Shown here piece by piece: positions 32,496 through 42,415 of a DNA stretch of 64,000 bases; the stretch's first letter is position 1, and each line of letters begins with the position of its first letter. Below the pieces are notes generated by a model. The model had not been told where the DNA came from. It searched no databases and saw nothing but the letters and a program-made list of their open reading frames with translations. Origin of the DNA: Escherichia phage ZCEC14; sequence record OP168898.1. One strand, 5' to 3'. Position numbers and translations under genes: made by a program.

Positions 32496-32563
32496 TTGTT
32501 TACTTTGGTACAGGATATGATATTATATACCTGTACCGCAATTAAACATCTCGGAGAATAAAA

Positions 32564-32929
32564 ATGAACTACATCAACTTTGAACGTAAATATGTTTCTA
32601 ATGGTATTGCAGGTTCTATTGATACCATCTGCCTTTGGAAACATCAAAATGGATCAGTATGCGAAATTGAACAGTATATGACTCCTAACTACGTTTATAT
32701 GCGATTTGAAAATGGCATCACGGTTTCAATCACGAAAGAAGGTTCTTCCTTTAAAATCGCATTAGATGATGATTTCCGTCAACGTGATTTAGGTACTCAT
32801 CCTTGTTGGAATGGCGTTAATCGCAAGCTTCTGGTTAAAACTTGGATTCGTCATATTCTGAGTAACAGAGCTAAACCTGAGCATCTTGAAGCAATCTTTG
32901 ATGTAGTTCTTAACGAATTTGATATTTAA
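32564..32929 (+). CDS. hypothetical protein, 121 aa
   Basis: ATG with GGAGAA SD. Confidence 0.5.
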   Translation: MNYINFERKYVSNGIAGSIDTICLWKHQNGSVCEIEQYMTPNYVYMRFENGITVSITKEGSSFKIALDDDFRQRDLGTHPCWNGVNRKLLVKTWIRHILSNRAKPEHLEAIFDVVLNEFDI

Positions 32930-32971
32930 AAAATAAATGAGGGGCTTCGGCCCCTTACTGAGGAAAATACT

Positions 32972-33259
32972 ATGTTTATGACTACTTATTTTGATACCCG
33001 TAAAAATTTCTGTGAAGTGGTTTTCTCAAAGGCGCCTAAAGGCCTTCCTGCTCATTTGCAACCTACCAGTGAATCGATTAAAAACTACGTTAATGTAGTA
33101 TGTCCTTTAGAGTTCCGTACTGTAAATGGACGTGATACTCTAGCAATCATTAAACTCAATCGTGAAATTGACATTGACCCTTCAATTGCGCGTGAAATTA
33201 ATATTTCTGACATTGGTGGTGGTAATGTTAAATCGCACGGATTTCAGATGAGGTTCTAA
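32972..33259 (+). CDS. hypothetical protein, 95 aa
   Basis: ATG with GAGGAAAA SD, preceded by the hairpin GGGGC-TTCG-GCCCC. Confidence 0.5.
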   Translation: MFMTTYFDTRKNFCEVVFSKAPKGLPAHLQPTSESIKNYVNVVCPLEFRTVNGRDTLAIIKLNREIDIDPSIAREINISDIGGGNVKSHGFQMRF

Positions 33260-33456
33260 TGAAATTCTTTTTGGGTCAAACTGTTGAATTAAAGGGAGTT
33301 GGTATACCTGGATTAATTTCTAAGGTTCTACCTCCATTTAAATGGAGTGGTATTCAAATAAAAGAGGCTTATATTGTTTCCTGGGTAGATGGAAATGAAG
33401 ACCTTCGTATGGGTGATGAATTATCTCCTATTTACGGATTAAAGGAATTAGTATGA
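33259..33456 (+). CDS. hypothetical protein, 65 aa
   Basis: track ORF, TAATG overlap. Confidence 0.4.
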   Translation: MKFFLGQTVELKGVGIPGLISKVLPPFKWSGIQIKEAYIVSWVDGNEDLRMGDELSPIYGLKELV

Positions 33457-33659
33457 ATATAATTAATAAGATTTTTGGAATTCAGTACATTAAGGTCACA
33501 TATAAAGTAACAGATAAAAATCCATATACTGATGAACACGAAGAACCACAAGTTGAATCTATTATATTAGAAAAGGACCCTAACTGGCCAGTTGAATTTC
33601 GTCTTCCTTGCTATGGTCATTGGGCTGATGTTGAAATTATAAGCATTGAAAATGTCTGA
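33453..33659 (+). CDS. hypothetical protein, 68 aa
   Basis: track ORF, ATGA-type overlap. Confidence 0.4.
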   Translation: MNIINKIFGIQYIKVTYKVTDKNPYTDEHEEPQVESIILEKDPNWPVEFRLPCYGHWADVEIISIENV

Positions 33660-34110
33660 GTTAGAGATTAGAAGTAATTTTAGATGGCCATCATGTGCAT
33701 TAAGTAATTTTGCCCAATGGCCTTTCGTTATGGATGGTATTCAATTTGGAGGTCTTGAAGGATTCCTCCAAGGGTGCAAGGTGAAAAATGTTGAACAACA
33801 ACGTCGTATATTTGGGTTATCCGGGCTTGCCGCCCAACAAGCTGGAAGGTCTTATGCTAGAGCTCAGGACCGTGGGACCCTCTTTTGGCTTGGAGTTCCG
33901 TTTTCAAGATACTCCCCGGCGTGGAAAGAATTATACACAAATGCATATTTTGAAGCAGCGATCCAAAACAAGGGCTTTCGTGATGCATTACAAGCCTCGA
34001 AAGGAAAAGTTTTGAAGCACAGCATGGCTAGTGGTCTAACAAAAGATGATACAATACTAACCGAAGCTGAATTTATTGATGTGTTAAACCTATTAAGAGA
34101 CTCTCTATGA
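33652..34110 (+). CDS. NADAR-like (YbiA-like) domain protein, 152 aa
   Basis: ATG at 33652 (track start 33646 is TTG); motif SNFAQWPF...DGIQFGGLEGFLQGCK resembles the NADAR/YbiA signature; assignment from motif recall only. Confidence 0.55.
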   Translation: MSELEIRSNFRWPSCALSNFAQWPFVMDGIQFGGLEGFLQGCKVKNVEQQRRIFGLSGLAAQQAGRSYARAQDRGTLFWLGVPFSRYSPAWKELYTNAYFEAAIQNKGFRDALQASKGKVLKHSMASGLTKDDTILTEAEFIDVLNLLRDSL

Positions 34111-34952
34111 AGCCTACTATTTTAACTGATATTGATGGAGTATGTTTAAGCTGGCAATCAGGCCTTCCTTATTTTGCTCAGAAATATAATCTTCCGTTGG
34201 AACATATTTTAAAAATGATCCAGGATGAGAAATTTATTTCTCCAGGTAAACTCTTTAATTGTGATGAAGAACTTGGCGTCAAGTTAATTGAAAAATACAA
34301 TCGTTCAGATTTTATTCGTTACTTGTCTCCGTATAAAGATGCCCTGTGTGCAATTAACAAATTAAAAGAAGATTATAATTTTGTAGCTGTTACAGCATTG
34401 GGTGATTATATTGACGCTCTGTTGAATCGTCAATTTAATTTGAATGCTCTTTTTCCTGGTGCCTTCTCAGAAGTAATGATGTGTGGTCATGATTCTTCAA
34501 AAGAAGAGTTATTCAAAAAGGCAAAAGAGAAATATAACGTAATTTGTTATATTGACGATCTCGCTCATCACTGCGATCACGCGAGTGAAATATTAAATGT
34601 TCCTGTTTATTGGATGGCTCGAGGAGAGCGTGGCAATATTCCAAAAACTGCCCAGCGAGTTTATACATGGAATGATGTAGAAAATAAGCTTTTTTCGCCG
34701 AAGGAAAATAAAGAAAGTTTTGATAATGAAAAAGCTATAAAAGATGTAATTGAGAAGATGGTTAAAAACGATTCTTTTCCTTGGAACACTACCTGGAGAA
34801 CGCCTGGATTTAATCCTTATAATCCATATTATCTATATCATCCATATCAGACACATCCGTTTCAGACATGGAACTATATTAAACCTGGCGGCATAGAGTA
34901 TTTGTATAATAGACCTACTTGTGGTGATAATATTTTCCAAGGAGCATTCTAA
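34107..34952 (+). CDS. HAD-superfamily nucleotidase-like protein with Pro/Tyr/Trp-rich C-terminal tail, 281 aa
   Basis: HAD motif I ILTDIDGV at the N-terminus; C-terminal 60 aa rich in P, Y, W, N. Confidence 0.55.
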   Translation: MKPTILTDIDGVCLSWQSGLPYFAQKYNLPLEHILKMIQDEKFISPGKLFNCDEELGVKLIEKYNRSDFIRYLSPYKDALCAINKLKEDYNFVAVTALGDYIDALLNRQFNLNALFPGAFSEVMMCGHDSSKEELFKKAKEKYNVICYIDDLAHHCDHASEILNVPVYWMARGERGNIPKTAQRVYTWNDVENKLFSPKENKESFDNEKAIKDVIEKMVKNDSFPWNTTWRTPGFNPYNPYYLYHPYQTHPFQTWNYIKPGGIEYLYNRPTCGDNIFQGAF

Positions 34953-35221
34953 TGTTTGTTGTTCACACTATTTATGAAAATGAAGGTAATACTACACGTG
35001 ATTACGGTCACGTAAATCAATTTTTTAGATGCAATCCAGAATTCCGAGCTCAAAAAGACGAACGAATTTTTAAAAAATGTGTGGAGCAAGGTTTCATTTA
35101 CGTCAAGCATTGGATGCAAGGAAATAAAGTTAGAACTACATATCATAGGTCTTTGACTGAGCTTAATGATGAATTGATTTATAATAGAGCTGTAAACCAA
35201 ACTCTAAAGGATGAACAATGA
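34952..35221 (+). CDS. hypothetical protein, 89 aa
   Basis: TAATG overlap; coupled to the ligase start. Confidence 0.45.
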   Translation: MFVVHTIYENEGNTTRDYGHVNQFFRCNPEFRAQKDERIFKKCVEQGFIYVKHWMQGNKVRTTYHRSLTELNDELIYNRAVNQTLKDEQ

Positions 35222-36678
35222 TTCTTAAAATTCTGAACGAAATAGCATCTATTGGTTCAACTAAGCAGAAGCAAGCAATTCTTGAAAAGAATAAAGATAA
35301 TGAATTGCTTAAACGAGTATATCGTCTGACTTATTCTCGTGGGTTGCAATATTATATCAAGAAATGGCCTAAACCTGGTATTGCTACCCAGAGTTTTGGA
35401 ATGTTGACTCTTACCGATATGCTTGACTTCATTGAATTCACGTTAGCTACTCGGAAATTGACCGGAAATGCGGCAATTGAGGAATTAACTGGATATATCA
35501 CCGATGGTAAAAAGGATGATGTTGAAGTTTTGCGTCGAGTTATGATGCGAGACCTTGAATGTGGTGCTTCAGTATCTATTGCAAACAAAGTTTGGCCAGG
35601 TTTAATTCCTGAACAACCTCAAATGCTGGCAAGTTCTTATGATGAAAAAGGCATTAGTAAGAATATCAAATTTCCAGCCTTTGCACAGTTAAAAGCAGAT
35701 GGAGCTCGGTGTTTTGCTGAAGTTAGAGGTGATGAATTAGATGATGTTCGTCTTTTATCACGAGCTGGTAATGAATATCTAGGATTAGATCTTCTTAAGG
35801 AAGAGTTAATCAAAATGACTGCTGAAGCCCGCCAGATTCATCCAGAAGGTGTGTTAATCGATGGTGAATTGGTATACCATGAGCAAGTTGAAAAGGAGCC
35901 AGAAGGCCTAGATTTTCTTTTTGGCACTCCTGAAATTAGTAAAGCTAAAGAATTCGCCGAAGTAGCTGAATCTCGTACTGCTTCTAATGGAATCGCCAAT
36001 AAATCTTTAAAGGGAACTATTTCAGAAAAAGAAGCACAATGTATGAAGTTTCAGGTCTGGGATTATGTTCCGTTAGTAGAAATATACGGTCTTCCGACGT
36101 TTCGTTTAAAATATGATGTACGTTTTTCTAAACTAGAACAAATGACATCAGGATATGATAAAGTAATTTTAATTGAAAACCAGCTAGTAAATAACCTAGA
36201 TGAAGCTAAGGTAATTTATAAAAAGTATATTGACCAGGGTCTTGAAGGTATTATTCTCAAAAATACCGATGGATTGTGGGAAAATGCTCGTTCAAAAAAT
36301 CTCTATAAATTTAAAGAAGTAATTGATGTTGATTTAAAAATTGTAGGAATTTATCCTCACCGTAAAGACCCTACTAAAGCGGGTGGATTTATTCTTGAAT
36401 CAGAGTGTGGAAAAATTAAAGTCAATGCTGGCTCAGGTTTAAAAGATAAAGCTGGTGTAAAATCGCATGAACTTGACCGTACTCGTATTATGGAAAACCA
36501 AAATTATTATATTGGAAAAATTCTAGAGTGCGAATGCAACGGTTGGTTAAAATCTGACGGCCGCACTGATTACGTTAAATTATTTCTTCCGATTGCGATT
36601 CGTTTACGTGAAGATAAAACTAAAGCTAATACATTCGAAGATGTATTTGGTGATTTTCATGAGGTAACTGGTCTATGA
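35218..36678 (+). CDS. 30: ATP-dependent DNA ligase
   Basis: 486-aa ORF matching recalled T4 DNA ligase; adenylation-site context KADGAR. Confidence 0.95.
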   Translation: MILKILNEIASIGSTKQKQAILEKNKDNELLKRVYRLTYSRGLQYYIKKWPKPGIATQSFGMLTLTDMLDFIEFTLATRKLTGNAAIEELTGYITDGKKDDVEVLRRVMMRDLECGASVSIANKVWPGLIPEQPQMLASSYDEKGISKNIKFPAFAQLKADGARCFAEVRGDELDDVRLLSRAGNEYLGLDLLKEELIKMTAEARQIHPEGVLIDGELVYHEQVEKEPEGLDFLFGTPEISKAKEFAEVAESRTASNGIANKSLKGTISEKEAQCMKFQVWDYVPLVEIYGLPTFRLKYDVRFSKLEQMTSGYDKVILIENQLVNNLDEAKVIYKKYIDQGLEGIILKNTDGLWENARSKNLYKFKEVIDVDLKIVGIYPHRKDPTKAGGFILESECGKIKVNAGSGLKDKAGVKSHELDRTRIMENQNYYIGKILECECNGWLKSDGRTDYVKLFLPIAIRLREDKTKANTFEDVFGDFHEVTGL

Positions 36679-36863
36679 AAGCTTACTTAGAAACAATTGT
36701 TATAGCTCAAAAAGAAGGTGGAGATGTTTCTACTTCTGTATCACAAGTCATTCTCGAATTTGTAGATGCGTATGCTTATAATAAATTTACAGAAACATTT
36801 GATGCCTACGAAAAAGGTCCAAAGTTTGAAATATATCGTACTCTCTTACCATTAGATTATTAA
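36675..36863 (+). CDS. hypothetical protein, 62 aa
   Basis: ATGA overlap with the ligase stop. Confidence 0.4.
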   Translation: MKAYLETIVIAQKEGGDVSTSVSQVILEFVDAYAYNKFTETFDAYEKGPKFEIYRTLLPLDY

Positions 36864-36879
36864 AGGCCTTCGGGCCTTT
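36862..36879 (+). terminator. hairpin terminator
   Basis: AAAGGCC-TTCG-GGCCTTT. Confidence 0.5.
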
Positions 36880-36884
36880 AATTT

Positions 36885-36892
36885 TATAAATA
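36885..36892 (+). promoter_or_regulatory. late promoter (TATAAATA) for the alt genes
   Basis: TATAAATA on the + strand about 20 nt upstream of the alt-1 start. Confidence 0.6.
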
Positions 36893-36915
36893 GAATAAAC
36901 ACTAGAGAGGATATG

Positions 36916-39009
36916 ATGGAACTTATTACAGAATTATTTGACGAAGATACTACTCTTCCGATTACAAACTTAAATCCAAAGAAGAAAATACCGCAAATTT
37001 TTTCAGTTCATGTTGATGATGCAATTGAACAACCAGGCTTTCGTTTATGTACCTATACATCTGGAGGTGATACTAACCGTGATTTAAAGATGGGCGATAA
37101 AATGATGCACATTGTTCCTTTTACACTAACTGCTAAAGGTTCAATTGCTAAATTAAAAGGTCTCGGTCCAAGCCCAATTAATTACATCAATTCAGTTTTT
37201 ACTGTTGCAATGCAAACAATGCGTCAGTATAAAATTGATGCCTGTATGCTTCGTATTCTTAAGTCTAAAACTGCTGGTCAAGCTCGACAAATTCAAGTTA
37301 TTGCTGATAGACTTATCCGTAGTCGTTCAGGTGGCAGATACGTCCTTCTTAAGGAACTCTGGGACTATGATAAAAAGTATGCATATATTCTTATACATCG
37401 CAAAAATGTATCACTAGAAGACATTCCAGGAGTTCCGGAAATTAGTACCGAGCTCTTTACTAAAGTTGAATCGAAGGTCGGCGATGTTTATATCAATAAA
37501 GATACCGGAGCTCAAGTAACTAAAAATGAGGCAATTGCAGCATCTATTGCACAAGAAAATGATAAACGTTCTGACCAAGCTGTTATTGTTAAAGTTAAAA
37601 TTTCCCGTAGAGCAATTGCGCAAAGTCAATCATTAGAATCTTCTAGATTTGAAAGTGAATTATTCCAGAAGTATGAATCTACCGCAGCTAATTTTAATAA
37701 ACCTGCTACCGCTCCTTTAATTCCCGAAGCAGAAGAAATGAAGCTTGGAATTAATTCATTAGCTTCTAAAACTAAGGCAGCAAAAATTATTGCTGAAGGA
37801 ACTGCAAATGAACTTCACTATGACTATAAATTCTTTTCAAAAAGTGAGGTTGATGAAGTTTCTGAAAAAATTAAAGATGTAATTCTTAATGCGATTAAAA
37901 ATGAACCAACTACTTCAATAAAATGTTTAGAGAAATACGCAGCAGCTGTTAATAAATTCTTTGAAGAATATAAAGATAATTGGCTTGATAAACATAATAA
38001 AACCCGTAAAGGACAGCCAGATGAAGTCTGGGAAGAAATAACTAAAAATTCCTGGAACGCAGCAAAAACTAAATTCCTCAAACGAATGATTTATAGTTTT
38101 TCTGGAATTGGTGCAGGTCCAATGATTGATATTACTATTGCCCGTGATGGTTCTAAATATACTCCATCACAAAAGCGCGGCATTAGAGAATATTGTGGAT
38201 CAGGATATACTGACATCAATAATCTTCTTTTAGGCCGCTACAATCCAGAACGATATGATGTAATGAGTGAAAAAGAAATTGAATCTGCGATAAATAATTT
38301 AGATTCAGCTTTTGAAAATGGTGATCGTATACCAGAAGGCATTACAGTTTATCGTGCTCAAAGCATGACTGCTCCTATATACGAAGCACTAGTTAAAAAT
38401 AAAGTGTTCTATTTCAGAAATTTTGTATCTACTTCTTTAACTCCTATCATTTTTGGACGTTTTGGAATTACACATGCTGGTATCGGTCTTTTAGAACCAG
38501 AAGCTCGCAATGAATTAACAGTTGATAAAAATGAAGAAGGAATAACTATTAATCCAAACGAAATAAGAGCGTATAAAGAAAATCCTGAATACGTTAAAGT
38601 TCAAATAGGATGGGCAATTGATGGAGCTCATAAAGTTAATGTTGTATATCCAGGAAGTCTCGGAATAGCAACAGAAGCTGAAGTTATTCTACCGCGCGGA
38701 TTGATGGTCAAAGTTAATAAAATAACTGATGCTTCTAATAATGACGGAACAACATCTAATAATACAAAACTCATTCAAGCTGAAGTTATGACTACGGAAG
38801 AACTCACCGAATCAGTAATTTATGACGGTGACCGTCTAATGGAAACTGGCGAAGTAGTTGCAATGACAGGTGATATTGAAATAGAAGACAGAGTTGACTT
38901 TGCATCATTTGTTTCATCAAATGTTAAACAGAAAGTAGAATCATCTCTTGGAATTATTGCGTCTTGCATAGATATTACAAACATGCCTTACAAGTTCGTT
39001 CAAGGATAA
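36916..39009 (+). CDS. alt: Alt-like ADP-ribosyltransferase, paralog 1 (697 aa)
   Basis: N-terminus MELITELFDE... shared with paralog 2; C-terminal R / STS / ExE-type transferase motifs (YRAQ, FVSTSL, EAEVILPRG). Confidence 0.8.
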   Translation: MELITELFDEDTTLPITNLNPKKKIPQIFSVHVDDAIEQPGFRLCTYTSGGDTNRDLKMGDKMMHIVPFTLTAKGSIAKLKGLGPSPINYINSVFTVAMQTMRQYKIDACMLRILKSKTAGQARQIQVIADRLIRSRSGGRYVLLKELWDYDKKYAYILIHRKNVSLEDIPGVPEISTELFTKVESKVGDVYINKDTGAQVTKNEAIAASIAQENDKRSDQAVIVKVKISRRAIAQSQSLESSRFESELFQKYESTAANFNKPATAPLIPEAEEMKLGINSLASKTKAAKIIAEGTANELHYDYKFFSKSEVDEVSEKIKDVILNAIKNEPTTSIKCLEKYAAAVNKFFEEYKDNWLDKHNKTRKGQPDEVWEEITKNSWNAAKTKFLKRMIYSFSGIGAGPMIDITIARDGSKYTPSQKRGIREYCGSGYTDINNLLLGRYNPERYDVMSEKEIESAINNLDSAFENGDRIPEGITVYRAQSMTAPIYEALVKNKVFYFRNFVSTSLTPIIFGRFGITHAGIGLLEPEARNELTVDKNEEGITINPNEIRAYKENPEYVKVQIGWAIDGAHKVNVVYPGSLGIATEAEVILPRGLMVKVNKITDASNNDGTTSNNTKLIQAEVMTTEELTESVIYDGDRLMETGEVVAMTGDIEIEDRVDFASFVSSNVKQKVESSLGIIASCIDITNMPYKFVQG

Positions 39010-39012
39010 ATC

Positions 39013-41070
39013 ATGGAACTTATTACAGAATTATTTGACGGCGCTTCGGCGCCGGTTGTTAACTTAAATCCTAAGCATAAAATACCTCAAATTTTTGCTA
39101 TTCAAGCCGGCGAAGAAAGCGTGCTTCCTGGATTTAGATTTTGTACATACACCTCTGGTGGTGATACAAATAAAAACGTTAAGCCAGGTGATAAAATGAT
39201 GCATATCGTAATGATAGGTGTCAATGAGAAACTATCATTAGTTAAACTTAAAAACTTGGGTGGAAATCCAATTGGTGTCATTAATGCTGTTTTTGATACT
39301 GCTCTTCAAACAATGAAACAATATAAAATCGACGCATGCCTATTCCGCGTACTAAAAAGTAAAACAAATGGCGCAGCTCGTCAAATGCAAGTTATTGCTG
39401 ACCGTTTAGTACGTACTAAAGGAGCAGGTCGTTATGTTCTTTTAAAGGAAATCTGGGACTATGATAAAAAGTATGCATATATTATGGTTTACCGTAAAAA
39501 TGCCAATTTAGAAGACATTCCAGGTGTACCTCCTATTTCAACTGAGTTATTCACAAAAGTTGAATCGAAGGTCGGTGATGTTTATGTAGACGTTAAAACA
39601 GGTAATGCTGTTCCTAAAGCTGTCGCTGTTGCTGCTTCTATTGCTTTAGAAAATGATAAACGTACTGACCAAGCGGTTATTCAGAAAACTAAAATTAGTC
39701 GTCGATTAGCAGCGCAAGCTCAATATTCTACTGTCGATGCTTCACTTCAGGGTGATAGCTTCGCTGCCAAGAAATATCAAGAGTTTGAATCTAAAGTTCC
39801 GGTATATAAAGCAGAAGGACCAATGAACTCTGGCGTTATTCAGATTGGTTCAAACTTCAGCAAAGGAGCTATCGGTGGTATGAGGAGTGCTTCTCGTTTT
39901 AAATCTAACGATTATGAACTAGAAAACTTCCGAAATCATATTGCATTAGCCCATGCGCGTTTACGTGATCCATCTATCAAGTTGCAGAGCGATATAACAT
40001 ATCAAGGTTCTCAAGAATATTTAAAGAATAAAGAATTCTTTGATTATAAAACTGATAAAATTTTAAGCGATCTTGCTGATATTAATATTTCTAATAGCTT
40101 TGATGTTATTAAGAAAATTATCAATGATTTGGTTAAAGGTTCTAAAGCTACGCCAGATGAAAAGACAGCTATTATTCAATTTGTAATGAATGGCATTTAT
40201 AAATTGATTAATGAATCTGCTGCTCAGGCGTATGAATATGCAAGTACTGAAGTAACTCCAAAAGGATTAACTCAGGCTGAATCTGACGTAATTGAAGATT
40301 ATTGTGCTGATTCATATGTTGAAATGAACTCGTTCCTTTTGGGTAAACCAGATTCTACCCGTGAAGAATATATGGAACGAGCTATTAAACACATCGAGAC
40401 GTTGGATTCTGCCTTTGCCAAAGGATCAGTTCTTCCTCCAGGAACTACGCTTTATCGCGGACAAGAAGTTACATTTAAAACTTTGCGTCATAACATTGAA
40501 AATAAAATGTTCTATTTCAAGAACTTCGTATCCACATCGCTTAAACCAAATATCTTCGGTGAGCATGGTAAAAACTATATGGCTCTAGATGATTCCGGCG
40601 CAGTATTTTCTGGTGAAGGAGAAGGTTCCGTTGATGCAGAAGATTTGATGCATATGGGTAGTCATTCTACATATGCTAATGAAGATGCTGAAACTAGCGT
40701 GGGTATGGTAATTAAAGGAGCTGAACGAATCAAAGTTATCGTTCCAGGTCATTTATCAGGATTTCCATCAGAAGCTGAAGTTATTCTACCACGTGGAATT
40801 TTACTGAAGATTAATAAAGTAAGTACGTACTTTATGAAAGAAACTGCTTATAACAAGTATCTAATCGAAGGTACAATCGTTCCTCCTTCCGAACAATTAG
40901 AAGAATCGGTATATGATGGTGACCATCTGATGGAAACTGGTGAAGTTCGTCCAATGACTGGATTTAACCAATTCCTTGTAGAAGAATCAAAAGAAGAGGA
41001 AAACGAAGTTTCTCAAATCTTGGCTTCTTTGGTTAACATCAACGGAATGTCTAAAAAGTTCAAGATGTAG
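39013..41070 (+). CDS. alt: Alt-like ADP-ribosyltransferase, paralog 2 (685 aa)
   Basis: N-terminus MELITELFDG...; C-terminal motifs YRGQ, FVSTSL, EAEVILPRG; closer to the T4 Alt length (682 aa). Confidence 0.8.
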   Translation: MELITELFDGASAPVVNLNPKHKIPQIFAIQAGEESVLPGFRFCTYTSGGDTNKNVKPGDKMMHIVMIGVNEKLSLVKLKNLGGNPIGVINAVFDTALQTMKQYKIDACLFRVLKSKTNGAARQMQVIADRLVRTKGAGRYVLLKEIWDYDKKYAYIMVYRKNANLEDIPGVPPISTELFTKVESKVGDVYVDVKTGNAVPKAVAVAASIALENDKRTDQAVIQKTKISRRLAAQAQYSTVDASLQGDSFAAKKYQEFESKVPVYKAEGPMNSGVIQIGSNFSKGAIGGMRSASRFKSNDYELENFRNHIALAHARLRDPSIKLQSDITYQGSQEYLKNKEFFDYKTDKILSDLADINISNSFDVIKKIINDLVKGSKATPDEKTAIIQFVMNGIYKLINESAAQAYEYASTEVTPKGLTQAESDVIEDYCADSYVEMNSFLLGKPDSTREEYMERAIKHIETLDSAFAKGSVLPPGTTLYRGQEVTFKTLRHNIENKMFYFKNFVSTSLKPNIFGEHGKNYMALDDSGAVFSGEGEGSVDAEDLMHMGSHSTYANEDAETSVGMVIKGAERIKVIVPGHLSGFPSEAEVILPRGILLKINKVSTYFMKETAYNKYLIEGTIVPPSEQLEESVYDGDHLMETGEVRPMTGFNQFLVEESKEEENEVSQILASLVNINGMSKKFKM

Positions 41071-41123
41071 TTTACAAGTCACTCGTGTTGTGTTATAGTA
41101 GTCTTACTGACATAACATGAGGA
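41070..41123 (+). repeat. promoter-leader repeat family B, copy 2
   Basis: 54 nt identical to 25543-25596; GTTTACA 41070-41076, TATAGT 41094-41099, GAGGA SD. Confidence 0.85.
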
Positions 41124-41130
41124 ACACAAA

Positions 41131-41421
41131 ATGAAATCTTCTTTGCGCTTTTTAGGTCAAGAACTTGTAGTTGAAGGCGTTATTCCTGCTGATAACGCTT
41201 TTAATGAAGCGGTTTACGACGAATTTATCAAAATTTTTGGAACAGATAAAAAGTTTGGAATTTTTCCTTCTGAAAATTTTTCAAAGCCAGAACAGACTGA
41301 AAACATTTTCCAAGGTGTAGTAACAGGTAAATTTGAGTCAGAAGCTCCGGTAAAAATTGAAGTTTATATTGAAGACAGTTTAGTTGCTTCAGTTGCTGCT
41401 TTTATTTCATTCCGTAAATAA
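41131..41421 (+). CDS. hypothetical protein, 96 aa
   Basis: ATG 8 nt after the family B GAGGA. Confidence 0.5.
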   Translation: MKSSLRFLGQELVVEGVIPADNAFNEAVYDEFIKIFGTDKKFGIFPSENFSKPEQTENIFQGVVTGKFESEAPVKIEVYIEDSLVASVAAFISFRK

Positions 41422-41425
41422 AAAC

Positions 41426-41447
41426 ATGGGGACCGAAAGGTCCCCAT
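41426..41447. terminator. bidirectional hairpin terminator between convergent genes
   Basis: ATGGGGACC-GAAA-GGTCCCCAT flanked by A-run upstream and T-rich downstream. Confidence 0.6.
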
Positions 41448-41449
41448 TA

Positions 41450-42415
41450 TTATATTGCTCCTAATATTTTACTTTGCGAATTGACAATTCCCGTCATAGT
41501 ATTAATGTTTGAAATGCTTCCTGCAGTTCCTCCTAATCTACTAAGTCGTGAAAGCGAATTAGATAGTCCAGTAACACCTCCACTATTTCCGAGAACGCTT
41601 TGAATACCATTTATAGCAGCAGATTCAAGCCATTCAAGCGCAGCTTGCCTATCAACTGCTCCAGCCTGCATCACTCTATACGCAAAAGTAACATCAAATG
41701 TAGTTATTTGGTTATCTCCGTCATATGATAACTCAGGAGCGCTCACTGATATTGGAATGCATCCGGTGAACATCACCGCAGTATGAGGCAATCCATTACG
41801 AGAATGAAGATTAACCTGAATATCTGCCTCGACATCTTGTGGCAAAGCACGCAGTCCAGTTACTGGGTCTTGAACAGAGTTAACCCAGTCTTGCATTGCA
41901 CGATAGTTACAAGCTTCTGAATCCATTCTAAATGAAATAACCAAAGGGTCTAATTCTCTCCCAGTTATACGAATATTAGGAGAATTATAGTTCCAGTCAG
42001 TTTCATAGGATAATCTATTCTCTGGCATTTTTACAGAATATATCATCAATCCAGATGAGTTATATGCCATGTTAAAGAAGTCAATTAAATATGTACCAAC
42101 TGTAAATGAGCCTAATAAACTTTGAACTGTACGTTGACTCATGGCACCAATAAGATATTTACTAACCCCTGATTTTCTTATCAGTTTTTGTGTGCCAGCT
42201 GTAATTAGCGTGGTAATTCCCTGATTAATATCACCTTGAGTTAATCCTAACCAATCTGAATTTAGGCCCAAGTTATTATAAGAAAAGTTGCTAATTGAAC
42301 TTATCAACGAAGAGCTTTTAGTTGATGGAGTTGTTGCAAAAACGCAGCTAAACATATTATTACGTTGGAAATCTGCATTTATTGCTTGATTATTAAATTC
42401 CTCTAAAGAATACAT
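41450..42415 (-). CDS. 54: gp54 baseplate tail-tube initiator
   Basis: 321-aa ORF matching recalled T4 gp54; synteny. Confidence 0.85.
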   Translation of the reverse strand: MYSLEEFNNQAINADFQRNNMFSCVFATTPSTKSSSLISSISNFSYNNLGLNSDWLGLTQGDINQGITTLITAGTQKLIRKSGVSKYLIGAMSQRTVQSLLGSFTVGTYLIDFFNMAYNSSGLMIYSVKMPENRLSYETDWNYNSPNIRITGRELDPLVISFRMDSEACNYRAMQDWVNSVQDPVTGLRALPQDVEADIQVNLHSRNGLPHTAVMFTGCIPISVSAPELSYDGDNQITTFDVTFAYRVMQAGAVDRQAALEWLESAAINGIQSVLGNSGGVTGLSNSLSRLSRLGGTAGSISNINTMTGIVNSQSKILGAI

